Shown: one piece after another, positions 19,204 to 28,228 of the stretch
How positions within the stretch are numbered: position 1 is the stretch's first letter
Layout: every line of letters starts with the position of its first letter
Origin: Desulfobacteraceae bacterium
GTDB taxonomy: Bacteria > Desulfobacterota > Desulfobacteria > Desulfobacterales > SURF-7
Length of the DNA stretch: 35,186 nt
Reading direction: 5' to 3'
NCBI GenBank assembly: GCA_030618465.1
Contig: JAUXDD010000003.1
Coordinates: 1-35,186 of the forward strand
Made by a program: the position numbers and the translations under genes
Notes under the pieces: model-generated
What the model saw: only the letters and a program-made list of their open reading frames with translations
Databases searched by the model: none
Told to the model about the DNA's origin: nothing

Positions 19204-19965
19204 TTATTCTCCAAGATATGCGGCAATCACATCCGGATTCAGCTGAACCTCGGCAGGCGTCCCCTCGGCAATACGGCTTCCAAAGTTGACCACGGCCACT
19301 TTGTCCGATATATCCATTACCAGTTCCATATCATGTTCCACAAGCATCACGGTTATATTCATTTTTTTTATCCGGCCAATCAGTTCCCCCATGGCGAAGG
19401 TCTCCCTGGTATTTAAACCGGATGCCGGTTCATCGAGCAAAAGAAGTTTCGGCTCCATGGCAAGGGCCCTGGCAATCTCAAGCATTCTCTGATAGCCCAG
19501 GGGCAGACTGCCTGCAGGTTTGTCAGCATGTTCATCCAATCCCACAAACGAAAGCCGTTTCATTGCTTCGGTCTTTATTTCCTTTTCCTCTCTTCTAAAA
19601 AAAGGGGGAATCAGGGATGACCGTATCAGCCCGGAGCTGGATTTCAGGTGACGCCCGACCATGATGTTTTCAAGAACTGTCATATCCGGAAACACCTGTG
19701 CATTCTGGAACGTCCTGGCGATTCCCATGCCGGCAGCAATGTATGCATGATTGGCCTGCATCTGTTTTCCAAAAAATTCGATGCTTCCGCCAGTGGGCCT
19801 GATGGAGCCGGTAATAAGGTTAAAAACAGTTGTTTTGCCGGCTCCGTTGGGACCGATAATTGAAGTAATTGTGTTCTTTTGGACCGTCAAATCAAGAGCG
19901 TTTACGGCAACAACCCCGCCAAACACCTTACGAAGGTTGATAAGCTCAAGAATGATGTGGTTCAT
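19204..19965 (-). CDS. livG: HAAT-family ABC transporter ATPase (LivG-like)
   Basis: GPNGAGKTT, ARTFQN, LLLDEPASG, VEHDM, VIAAYLG. Confidence 0.93.
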   Translation of the reverse strand: MNHIILELINLRKVFGGVVAVNALDLTVQKNTITSIIGPNGAGKTTVFNLITGSIRPTGGSIEFFGKQMQANHAYIAAGMGIARTFQNAQVFPDMTVLENIMVGRHLKSSSGLIRSSLIPPFFRREEKEIKTEAMKRLSFVGLDEHADKPAGSLPLGYQRMLEIARALAMEPKLLLLDEPASGLNTRETFAMGELIGRIKKMNITVMLVEHDMELVMDISDKVAVVNFGSRIAEGTPAEVQLNPDVIAAYLGE

Positions 19966-20966
19966 TCCCTTGCCTCCCTGAGCCGTTTCATTTTTCCCTG
20001 TAACGCGTGTATGGCATCGCCAAATCCGCCAAAAAGTCCTTCAGGAAGAAAAAGCATTATAATCAGCAGGATAAGACCATAAATCAGGGTATCATAATCC
20101 GGTTTGTATTCAATACCGATCACCTGAAAATACTCTGAAAATGATGACAGAAATTCCGGCAACAGGGTCAGCAAAACAGCCCCGAATACGGCTCCCCATA
20201 TTTTATGCAGTCCTCCCACAGCCACCATGGTAACCAGTAGAACCGAATGCATTACGCTGAAAGGTCCGGGATCGATGTAATTTATATAATATGCGTAAAG
20301 GCTCCCTGAAATGGAGGCATATACGCTGCTTAAAACAAAAATCTGAATTTTGTAACTGGCTGTATTGATGCCCAGCGAACCGGCCGCATCTTCACTGCCG
20401 TGCAAGGCACGAAGCCCCCTGCCAACACGCGAATGGATGAGGTTGAAACCAAAATAGAGTCCAATAAGCACAATCGCCCAGCTGAAATAAAAAAATCGTG
20501 TATCTGTATTCAGTGCAATACCGAACAGACTGATTGCCGGGATATTATTTAATCCGCCCGGTCCTCCGGTTATGTCAATCGCGGCAACGGCCACAATATG
20601 CAGAATCGAGCCGAACCCAAGGGTTGCCATGGCAAGATAATGCCCCTTTAATCTTAAGGCCGGTATGCCCACTATCAATGCAACGCCGGCAGACAGAAAA
20701 ATACCGGCAGCCATAGCTGTCCACGGAGACAATCCCAGTCTTACCGTCATATACCCTGAAGCATACGCCCCGATGCCAATAAAAGCGGCATGGCCCAGCG
20801 ATATCTGGCCGGCATACCCCATAAGGAGACAAAGGCCGATACAGGCCAGGCAATTCAATGCGGCAAATACAAGAACACCCAGGTAGTAGTCGTTTCTGAT
20901 AATCAGCGGTGCAGCCGCAACCATCAGAAAAAGGACAAGCATTCCCATGTAATTTTTCCATCCCAT
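19962..20966 (-). CDS. livM: HAAT-family ABC transporter permease (LivM-like)
   Basis: GYAGQISLGHAAF.GIGAY, LRLKGHYLAMATLGF, TGGPGG, SRVGRGLRA. Confidence 0.92.
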   Translation of the reverse strand: MGWKNYMGMLVLFLMVAAAPLIIRNDYYLGVLVFAALNCLACIGLCLLMGYAGQISLGHAAFIGIGAYASGYMTVRLGLSPWTAMAAGIFLSAGVALIVGIPALRLKGHYLAMATLGFGSILHIVAVAAIDITGGPGGLNNIPAISLFGIALNTDTRFFYFSWAIVLIGLYFGFNLIHSRVGRGLRALHGSEDAAGSLGINTASYKIQIFVLSSVYASISGSLYAYYINYIDPGPFSVMHSVLLVTMVAVGGLHKIWGAVFGAVLLTLLPEFLSSFSEYFQVIGIEYKPDYDTLIYGLILLIIMLFLPEGLFGGFGDAIHALQGKMKRLREARE

Positions 20967-20967
20967 G

Positions 20968-21870
20968 TCAGAACTCTTTCAGCCTGGAGGCTTCAACACT
21001 TCCGAAAATACCGCTGGGTCGGATAAACAGTACCACCAGCATAATCAGCAACGCCATTGCATCCATATAATGGGATGAGATGTAGCCGCCACCGAGTGCT
21101 TCAATTACACCCAGCAGTATCCCGGCCACGACAGCGCCCAGGCTGTTACCCAGCCCGCCCACAACAGCCGCGCCAAATCCTTTCAGACCCAGGAGCGCAC
21201 CTCTTGCATAATCCATCTGGATGATCGGTGTAATAATGATGCCGGCAATGGCGCCGATTCCCGCGGAAAGGGCAAACGAAAGCATCACCATGTTCCTGTC
21301 GTTAATACCGGTGAGGCGGGCCGCGTCCCTGTTTATGGCACAGGCACGCATGCTTTTGCCGGTCATGGTATAATTGAAAAATAAAATAAAGCAGATCACC
21401 ACCAGCACCAGTATACCGATTATCCAGAGTGTCTGGGGTAAAATAGTCGCGCCAAAAATTTCAAAGGTTTCTTCACTGGAAAAGTGACGCATGAAATGGG
21501 ACTCTTTTCCCCAGAATATCATAGCCAGTCCCTTGATAATAATGGATACAGCAATAGTTATAATAATCAATCGCATGACTGACGGACTTTTTACAGGATT
21601 TATCGTGAGCCGCTCCATCAGGATACCCATTATCATGACGAACAGAACAGTAATAACAAAAGCAACCGGCATGGGCAGGCTCAACGTCATGGTAAGGGTT
21701 ACCATCATCAGCCCGCCGAGTACGACAAATTCCCCCTGGGCAAAATTGATTAAGCCGGTTGAATTATATATAATGTTAAATCCCATGGCCACCAGCGCGT
21801 AAATGGATCCACGCTGCAGTCCCATGAAAATAAACTGGAGAAAATCTGAGAAACCGCCGCCTGTATTCAT
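20968..21870 (-). CDS. livH: HAAT-family ABC transporter permease (LivH-like)
   Basis: GSIYALVAMG, INFAQGE, GKSMRA, KGFGAAVVGGLG, RPSGIFG. Confidence 0.92.
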   Translation of the reverse strand: MNTGGGFSDFLQFIFMGLQRGSIYALVAMGFNIIYNSTGLINFAQGEFVVLGGLMMVTLTMTLSLPMPVAFVITVLFVMIMGILMERLTINPVKSPSVMRLIIITIAVSIIIKGLAMIFWGKESHFMRHFSSEETFEIFGATILPQTLWIIGILVLVVICFILFFNYTMTGKSMRACAINRDAARLTGINDRNMVMLSFALSAGIGAIAGIIITPIIQMDYARGALLGLKGFGAAVVGGLGNSLGAVVAGILLGVIEALGGGYISSHYMDAMALLIMLVVLFIRPSGIFGSVEASRLKEF

Positions 21871-21887
21871 ATGAAAATTTTACTTGT

Positions 21888-21934
21888 AAAAAAACAGGGG
21901 GGCAAACCGGAAACACACCCGATCCATCCCCCTG
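21888..21934 (-). terminator. Intra-operon hairpin with U tract between the binding-protein gene and the permeases
   Basis: Minus strand CAGGGGG...CCCCCTG closing stem (21934-21895), extendable with G-U pairs, followed by TTTTTTT. Confidence 0.6.
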
Positions 21935-21962
21935 CTTGAATTATATATAGTTAAACAATGTC

Positions 21963-23114
21963 CTAATCTTTCAGGACAACAAACTTCCCGTCCTGAACGG
22001 TCAACATTTCAAAAGCGGTCTTGTCCAGTCCGTTATGATCCATGGGTGAAAGCTTGAAAATTCCACCGGTACCAACCAGTTCCGATTTTTCAAGTTGTTC
22101 CCGGATCTTTTCCGGATTATCACCAACAGCCTTGAGTGCGTTTGCAACAAGCCAGAGCGAATCATAGGCATGGCCGCCGAATGTGCTTACTGTCTCATTA
22201 AATTTTGTTTCGTATTTGTTCTTGTATCCAAGGAGGACGGCTTTCTGGGGATTGTCATCAGGAAGCGAATCCACAGCAAGCAGCCGGCCGGCCGGGAAGA
22301 TAATACCATTACCGGCGGCACCGGCAGCTTTCGCGTATTTTACATTACCAAAGCCGTGACTCTGATAAAGCTGGATATCCATCTTCAGATGTTTCATGTT
22401 CTGGGGAACAATGGACTGGGCCGGTACGATTGACCAGTTAACCAGCGCCATGGCACCGGCATTTTTTATCTTTACCAGCTGGGCGGTCATATCGGTATCT
22501 GCCGGGCTGTATGTTTCATCTGCCACAATATTTATTTTGTATTCCGCGGCAATATCCTTCAGCTGTTTTCGGCCGGCATTACCAAAACCGGTGGTCCCGG
22601 AAATAATGCCGATATCCTTTATTCCCTTTTCGATCATGTGCTCATAAATCCTGCGTACGCAATCACTGTCTTTCTGGGGAGTTTTAAATACCCATTTGCG
22701 TTCTTCAACAGGAACAACAATAACTTCAGCGCCGGCGCATGATATCAGAGGAATCTGTGCTTTCTGAACAATAGGGATAACGGCCATACTCGTCCCGCTC
22801 CGTGAAGGTCCGATAATTGCACAGACGTTGTTCTTTTTAATCAGCTTTTTTACAGCATTAACCGCCCGGGTATTGTCTCCCTGGCTGTCTTCAATAAAAA
22901 GTTTCAGTTTGTGTCCGTTGATTCCACCTGCCTCATTGATTTCCCTGGCAATCATTTCAACAGTTTTCATTTCAGGTTCACCCAGCCATGATGCCTTACC
23001 TGTAATAGCAAAAACACAACCCACACGGTAATCTTTTTCACCTGCAAAAAGAACTGAACCTGACATCAACAACAGAACAATCACTACGCCAATCATTAAT
23101 AAACTTTTTTTCAT
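21963..23114 (-). CDS. ABC transporter substrate-binding protein, LivK/type I periplasmic fold (probably aromatic-acid binding subfamily)
   Basis: Signal peptide, INEAGGINGHKL, ETYSPADTDMTAQL, YQSHG, FGGHAYD; GAGGAGG SD favours ATG 23114 (ORF track 23120). Substrate inferred from the PaaK/ACT context. Confidence 0.9.
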   Translation of the reverse strand: MKKSLLMIGVVIVLLLMSGSVLFAGEKDYRVGCVFAITGKASWLGEPEMKTVEMIAREINEAGGINGHKLKLFIEDSQGDNTRAVNAVKKLIKKNNVCAIIGPSRSGTSMAVIPIVQKAQIPLISCAGAEVIVVPVEERKWVFKTPQKDSDCVRRIYEHMIEKGIKDIGIISGTTGFGNAGRKQLKDIAAEYKINIVADETYSPADTDMTAQLVKIKNAGAMALVNWSIVPAQSIVPQNMKHLKMDIQLYQSHGFGNVKYAKAAGAAGNGIIFPAGRLLAVDSLPDDNPQKAVLLGYKNKYETKFNETVSTFGGHAYDSLWLVANALKAVGDNPEKIREQLEKSELVGTGGIFKLSPMDHNGLDKTAFEMLTVQDGKFVVLKD

Positions 23115-23178
23115 TTGCATCCCTCCTCAATTTAATGGTGAATAATTTAAGAATCCCCAAATATATTTTTAAAGTTCT

Positions 23179-23610
23179 TCACATACTGATTATTTCACTG
23201 TAATTCAGCATGTGAATCCCTTCTGAAGCCATCTTCTCAATAGCGCGAACCGTATCGTTAAAACGAAAAATCATTACCGCCTGGTCACTGTTTTTTTCTA
23301 TAAAGGCATACATGTATTCAATATTCACTCCTGCCGTTTCAATAAGTGTAAGAAACCTGCCCAGCCCGCCCGGAACATCTGAAATTCCAACAGCCACCAC
23401 ATCTGTAAGACTCACCGTAAATCCACTTTTTTTTAATATATCAACCGCTTTTTCCGTGTTATCTACGATCAGCCTCAAAATCCCAAAATCGGAACTATCG
23501 GCCAGAGACATGGCACGGATATTCACATTCACATCACCAAGTGTATTGGTAATATTAGCCAGCCTTCCTGATCTGTTTTCAAGAAAAACTGACAGCTGTT
23601 GAATTTTCAT
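23179..23610 (-). CDS. Tandem ACT-domain protein (COG4747 / BT0572-like)
   Basis: QLSVFLENRSGRL, NIRAMSLADSSDFGILRLIV, DVPGGL, NIEYMYAF; this family typically accompanies paaK-like genes. Confidence 0.9.
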   Translation of the reverse strand: MKIQQLSVFLENRSGRLANITNTLGDVNVNIRAMSLADSSDFGILRLIVDNTEKAVDILKKSGFTVSLTDVVAVGISDVPGGLGRFLTLIETAGVNIEYMYAFIEKNSDQAVMIFRFNDTVRAIEKMASEGIHMLNYSEIISM

Positions 23611-23660
23611 AATGTTCTCCTGTAATTATTTGAAGATATTATGTTCACACCCAGTCTCCT

Positions 23661-24698
23661 TTATAGCGCGAAAGGAACAGTATCCAAACCTTTCGTTTCA
23701 TCCAGTCCCAGCATTATATTCATGTTCTGGACAGCCTGGCCTGCCGCACCCTTTACAAGATTATCAATCGCTGACATCAGAATCAGCCGATTGTTTTTTT
23801 TATCCACCTTCCATCCGATATCACAGTAATTGGTCCCCCGTACATGCAATATATCCGGCGGTTTGTCATCAGGCCGGATACGAACAAACGGCCGGCCGGA
23901 ATAAAATGAAGTCATACAGTTTTTTATCTCATCAGGAGCCGCCTGTCTTTCAAGTGATGCATAGATGGTTGTCAGCATGCCCCGGGTAACCGGAACCAGA
24001 TGGGGCACAAACGTAATCGAGACCTGTTTTCCGGCTTCTTTACTGAGCACTTCCTCCATCTCCGGGCAGTGCCTGTGTGCAGCCACCTTGTATGATTTGA
24101 GGGATTCATTTACTTCACAAAAATGCGTTGTCAGAGAAACAGACCTGCCGGCCCCGCTGATACCGGATTTTGAATCCACAATGATCGTGTCTGTATTAAG
24201 GAACCCTTCTTTTATTAACGGCACAAGGGGCAACAGGGTACTGGTGGGATAGCACCCGGGATTTCCCACAAGGGATGTCTTCTTTATCTCTTTAAAATAG
24301 ACCTCGCTCAGACCGTATACGGACTTTTCATTTATCTCCTTTGCCGTATGGGGCTGGTAACAGGACTCATAAGCAGATATATCAGTGAACCGGAAATCGG
24401 CGGACAGATCAACAACTTTTTTCCCGTGTTGTATCAATTCCGGCACATACGCCATGGAAAGTTTATGGGGCAGCGCGGTAAAAACCACATCTGCCTTTTC
24501 ACAGATGCTTTCCGTGGAATATTCCTCGCACACAATGCCCACTTTTCCTGACATTGCCGGATATATTTCAGAAAACGGGACGCCGGCATACTGACGTGAC
24601 GTCAAAACGGCAAGCTCTATATCCGGATGCCCGGATAGAATCCTCACCAGCTCTGCACCTGCATATCCGGTTGCACCAACCACACCAACACGAGTCAT
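23661..24698 (-). CDS. argC: N-acetyl-gamma-glutamyl-phosphate reductase
   Basis: GATGYAG, DLSADFR, catalytic NPGCYPT, SGISGAGR, HRHCPE, IDNLVKGAAGQAVQNMN. Confidence 0.97.
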   Translation of the reverse strand: MTRVGVVGATGYAGAELVRILSGHPDIELAVLTSRQYAGVPFSEIYPAMSGKVGIVCEEYSTESICEKADVVFTALPHKLSMAYVPELIQHGKKVVDLSADFRFTDISAYESCYQPHTAKEINEKSVYGLSEVYFKEIKKTSLVGNPGCYPTSTLLPLVPLIKEGFLNTDTIIVDSKSGISGAGRSVSLTTHFCEVNESLKSYKVAAHRHCPEMEEVLSKEAGKQVSITFVPHLVPVTRGMLTTIYASLERQAAPDEIKNCMTSFYSGRPFVRIRPDDKPPDILHVRGTNYCDIGWKVDKKNNRLILMSAIDNLVKGAAGQAVQNMNIMLGLDETKGLDTVPFAL

Positions 24699-24992
24699 GA
24701 TATGTCCTTACACAAACGAATCAGATGATTTATAATTATAAAGGATATTCATTATTTATAACGATCCCGGTTCAATTTGGGGTATGTATCAAAGGCGGGC
24801 ATCATTTTCAAGAAGTTTCATCAACATTACCAAAAAAACAGCCATTTGCGTTTCCTGAAAAATAGTTTTGTGATATACAACGTGTAAAACAGGGGAAAGG
24901 TCTCCGGGTGCACCCGGTGTGGAGAAATGATGGAAAGGTTACGTGTGCCGGCACGCCCCCGCGCCGAAAGGACTTCAGAATAATCTGTCCCG

Positions 24993-27122
24993 TCAATCAA
25001 CCAGCGTACGCTTACCGCTTAAATCTTTTAATGCCCCGTTAAGTATTAAAGTAATGGGCTTGTCTTCTTTCGCAATTTTATTTAAATAAATTGGCCCGGG
25101 CCGCCTGTAATTATCTTCCCCGGGAACGGCAGCAAGCCATTTATCCCTTAATTCCTTTACTATTAAAAACGCCGTCGAATTGACATCCACCAGACTTTTT
25201 TCAAGCACCAGGGCAAGCCGCCCTTTTCTCTCTTCCAGGTGCATGAGTGGAGCAATAGGAATACCAAGCGGCTCCCAGTGGGCGGTATCCATTTCCAGGT
25301 TTTTTATAGCCGCCATCTGGCCGGTTGCGCCATTAGCGATCAGTGAAAAAGTTGTCAGTCCCAGATTGTATGTATAATTGCAGTCAAATTCAGTGGGATC
25401 GTTACCCCTGCCGTCATAACCGAAAAAATGCCCCTGGGTCTTAAATTTTGGAACTGATTTTTGGAATATTTTTTCAACAGATTCGGGAATATTGTCGCCT
25501 TTTCTTAAAAAACCGCTTTTCACCAGAGCCATTTTAAGTGTTTTCAAGGAAATAATAGATTTTTTAAACAACAGGTAGGCACCATCGGCATAATTTTGAA
25601 AAAGAGCCGGACCCAATGTATCATGATCCATATTTTCCGATGTAAGTGCCTTCTCAAAATATGCTCTTTGAATTCCGATTCTGTAAATTCCCTGCTCCTT
25701 TAATATATTGAGATAGTCATCCACCAGCCCCATGATGATCTTATCTGTTTCCACCTGGGAAAACTGAAAATTACCGTGGCTGTCCCGCTCCGTTAACAGG
25801 CCTTCCTGAAAAAATTCCGGGATATCATTAAACAGGTCATCATCCCGCATACTCCATATTGAAACACCGGAATCGTCCTCCGGGCGTCTGGCCAGTTTTC
25901 GCAAATAATCAAGTTTATCTTCCAGAAGCGAAAACGCGGAATGAAAATCCCGGTCATGGGTTGTGTTGTACCCTGAAATGATCGTACTCAGTTTAATAAT
26001 AAACGTCTGTATTTCATTAATAAATTCCAGGACACCCTCAGGGATGACAATCACGCCGAAATTCTTGCCCACGGCAGCGCGTTTTAAAATACCGTCACAA
26101 ATCACCCGGGACAAATGCCGCAGGGTCATGCCATAGGCAGTATAATCAATGCCCCCCTTTTTTTCTGCTTCTTCAATTCTCTTAAAATCAACATAATCCG
26201 CAAGATCTTCGCCGATAAGGGTTATATTCGCATGGGTCTGAAGGGCCACCTCAAGTGCAAGATGGCTGGCAACCCGCCCCATGACCTTGCACACATGCCA
26301 GTATTTAACATCGGAACTGCTGTCCGTGCAAAGGTTGCTGATTTCTCTGGCAAACGCACGGGCTGCCGTATGAAAACCAAATGAAACAGCACACAACACA
26401 TTTCCGTTTTTATCACTTATCTGGATATCGCCATCAATTGTCTTGGGGACGCCGATCACCTGGATCTGGTCATCAACCATCTCCTGGGCCAGAAATACCG
26501 CATTGGTATTTGAGTCATCACCGCCAATCACCACCAGTGCATCCAGTTCCAGTTCCAGGCAGGTCTCTTTCGCCATGGACAGCTTTTTTTCTGTGTCAAT
26601 TTTTGTCCGGCCGGTTTTGATCATTGTAAACCCGCCAAGATTTCTGTATGCATCAACCATATCCTTTGTGAGTTCAATCACTTCATTTTCAATGATGCCA
26701 TCAGGCCCGTTGAGAAACCCCAATATTTTTGTTTCCGGGTTGGCTTTTTTTGCGGCATCAAAAATCCCTGCAATTACATTATGGCCGCCAGGTGCAGGCC
26801 CCCCTGAAAAAACAATTCCAATATTGCGCTTTTTAGTAAAATTATGAACACAGTCATCAGCAGCACGATCAACACCTGAAATACGCTGCACCTTGTTTTT
26901 AATCATTTCCGGGAGTTGTTTTACAGCTTCCGGATGACTATCAAACTCATATTTGTCAACATTTGACAACACAGTACAGGATTTTGAGAATTCATTGCAT
27001 ACGACGGGTTTGTACATTCGTCTGTTTTTTAATTCCTGGTTGATATGACTGGTGATCATTTTTACCTGTGGATGCCGTATCCACTCATCAATACACATAT
27101 GCCTTTTTTCTAACACGTTCAT
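24993..27122 (-). CDS. pfp: Pyrophosphate-dependent phosphofructokinase (long clade) with insertions
   Basis: SGGPAPGGHNV, GRTKI, GGDDSNTNA and PKTIDGD (Asp/Lys pair diagnostic of PPi use), SFGFHTA, MGRVASH, IPEG, HFFGYDGR; 709 aa. Confidence 0.9.
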   Translation of the reverse strand: MNVLEKRHMCIDEWIRHPQVKMITSHINQELKNRRMYKPVVCNEFSKSCTVLSNVDKYEFDSHPEAVKQLPEMIKNKVQRISGVDRAADDCVHNFTKKRNIGIVFSGGPAPGGHNVIAGIFDAAKKANPETKILGFLNGPDGIIENEVIELTKDMVDAYRNLGGFTMIKTGRTKIDTEKKLSMAKETCLELELDALVVIGGDDSNTNAVFLAQEMVDDQIQVIGVPKTIDGDIQISDKNGNVLCAVSFGFHTAARAFAREISNLCTDSSSDVKYWHVCKVMGRVASHLALEVALQTHANITLIGEDLADYVDFKRIEEAEKKGGIDYTAYGMTLRHLSRVICDGILKRAAVGKNFGVIVIPEGVLEFINEIQTFIIKLSTIISGYNTTHDRDFHSAFSLLEDKLDYLRKLARRPEDDSGVSIWSMRDDDLFNDIPEFFQEGLLTERDSHGNFQFSQVETDKIIMGLVDDYLNILKEQGIYRIGIQRAYFEKALTSENMDHDTLGPALFQNYADGAYLLFKKSIISLKTLKMALVKSGFLRKGDNIPESVEKIFQKSVPKFKTQGHFFGYDGRGNDPTEFDCNYTYNLGLTTFSLIANGATGQMAAIKNLEMDTAHWEPLGIPIAPLMHLEERKGRLALVLEKSLVDVNSTAFLIVKELRDKWLAAVPGEDNYRRPGPIYLNKIAKEDKPITLILNGALKDLSGKRTLVD

Positions 27123-27145
27123 CCTCCACTTATAAATTCAGGCAT

Positions 27146-28108
27146 CTACTTTTTCCTTAACCTTCCCACAAGAAAACTGTCCATGATAAGATGAACAATA
27201 TGATGCATCACGCATACAACAAGGGCCATTCCAAATTGTGAGAAAAGAGAGACCTGGAGAATTACAGACAATGGCAGTGTTTTCTGCCCCCCCATAAATA
27301 AAATACTCTCTCTTCTTCCATGGCCAATTTTAAAAAGCCGGACAAATTGTCCGGCAACCACCAGCAGCAATCCATGAAATATAAAAACAGAAATGAAAAT
27401 GATTCCGGTCATCTCCCTGCCGCTGATTATGGCATGCCTGGCTTCAGACAGTGCCATCCACACAATCATCAGTACCAGGCACTGATTCATTAATTGAAGT
27501 GTTGCACTGAACCGCCGGGCAAATATATCCACTATTTCATGGAATTTAGCGAGCATCCCCATAAACAGCGGGAAAATAACCAGTAAACCAATCTTTACTA
27601 TAATCACAGCCTTGTCAATTGTTATTTCGGTTGAATCACCAATCAGCGTTAAAAGAAATGACAGCGCAAAAGGTATCACCAGAACAGAAAGCCCGCTGGC
27701 AAGAACCGTAATCACCAGCGCCTGTGCCATGTTGCCGCCTGCAGCCGCTGTCATAACAACGCCGCTGCTTAACGTGGTTGGCATCACGGCCACAAGGAAT
27801 ATTCCAATTTTAATTCCAGTTGGGAGGGGAGCCAGGCTGAACATGACGGCAATGGCCGGTGCGGCCACATAAATAATAACCAGTGCGATAAGGATACATT
27901 TATAGTCTTTTAATCCGGACTTTAGCTGTCCTGTATTCAGTAGCAAGCCGGAAGAAAAAAATATTAAAAAAATAACCGCATTAGGTCCATGATTGGATTT
28001 AAACCATTTGCCGATAGTGGAAAGGGTTTCAGTTGTATCTAAAACAGTTGCGACAAAAATGATGAGCAGACCCGCAAGAAATCCGTATTTTTTTAACAAA
28101 CGATTCAA
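27146..28108 (-). CDS. Bile acid:sodium symporter (BASS/SBF-like) family transporter
   Basis: About 9-10 TM segments; IFFSSGL, MPTTLSSGVVMT..AGGN, GQKTLPL, HIVHL. Confidence 0.85.
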   Translation of the reverse strand: MNRLLKKYGFLAGLLIIFVATVLDTTETLSTIGKWFKSNHGPNAVIFLIFFSSGLLLNTGQLKSGLKDYKCILIALVIIYVAAPAIAVMFSLAPLPTGIKIGIFLVAVMPTTLSSGVVMTAAAGGNMAQALVITVLASGLSVLVIPFALSFLLTLIGDSTEITIDKAVIIVKIGLLVIFPLFMGMLAKFHEIVDIFARRFSATLQLMNQCLVLMIVWMALSEARHAIISGREMTGIIFISVFIFHGLLLVVAGQFVRLFKIGHGRRESILFMGGQKTLPLSVILQVSLFSQFGMALVVCVMHHIVHLIMDSFLVGRLRKK

Positions 28109-28228
28109 ATTTATCTATTCCCCGGAATAGCTGTCTCCTGAATCGATTGCGGAACGGACTGGATTCGTTTTCTGTGCTCAGGAGGTACGAGAAGGGTTTC
28201 AATTTTCTGGTTTATACATATTTTTATC

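Noticed and set aside
21895-21934. c-di-GMP-I riboswitch suggested by GGGCAAACC...GAAA on the + strand
   Set aside because: Lacks the GACGCAAA segment, is antisense to the operon, and is explained as a terminator-like hairpin.
24808-24996. 62-aa minus ORF between pfp and argC
   Set aside because: TTG start, no recognisable motif; the segment looks more like palindromic non-coding sequence.
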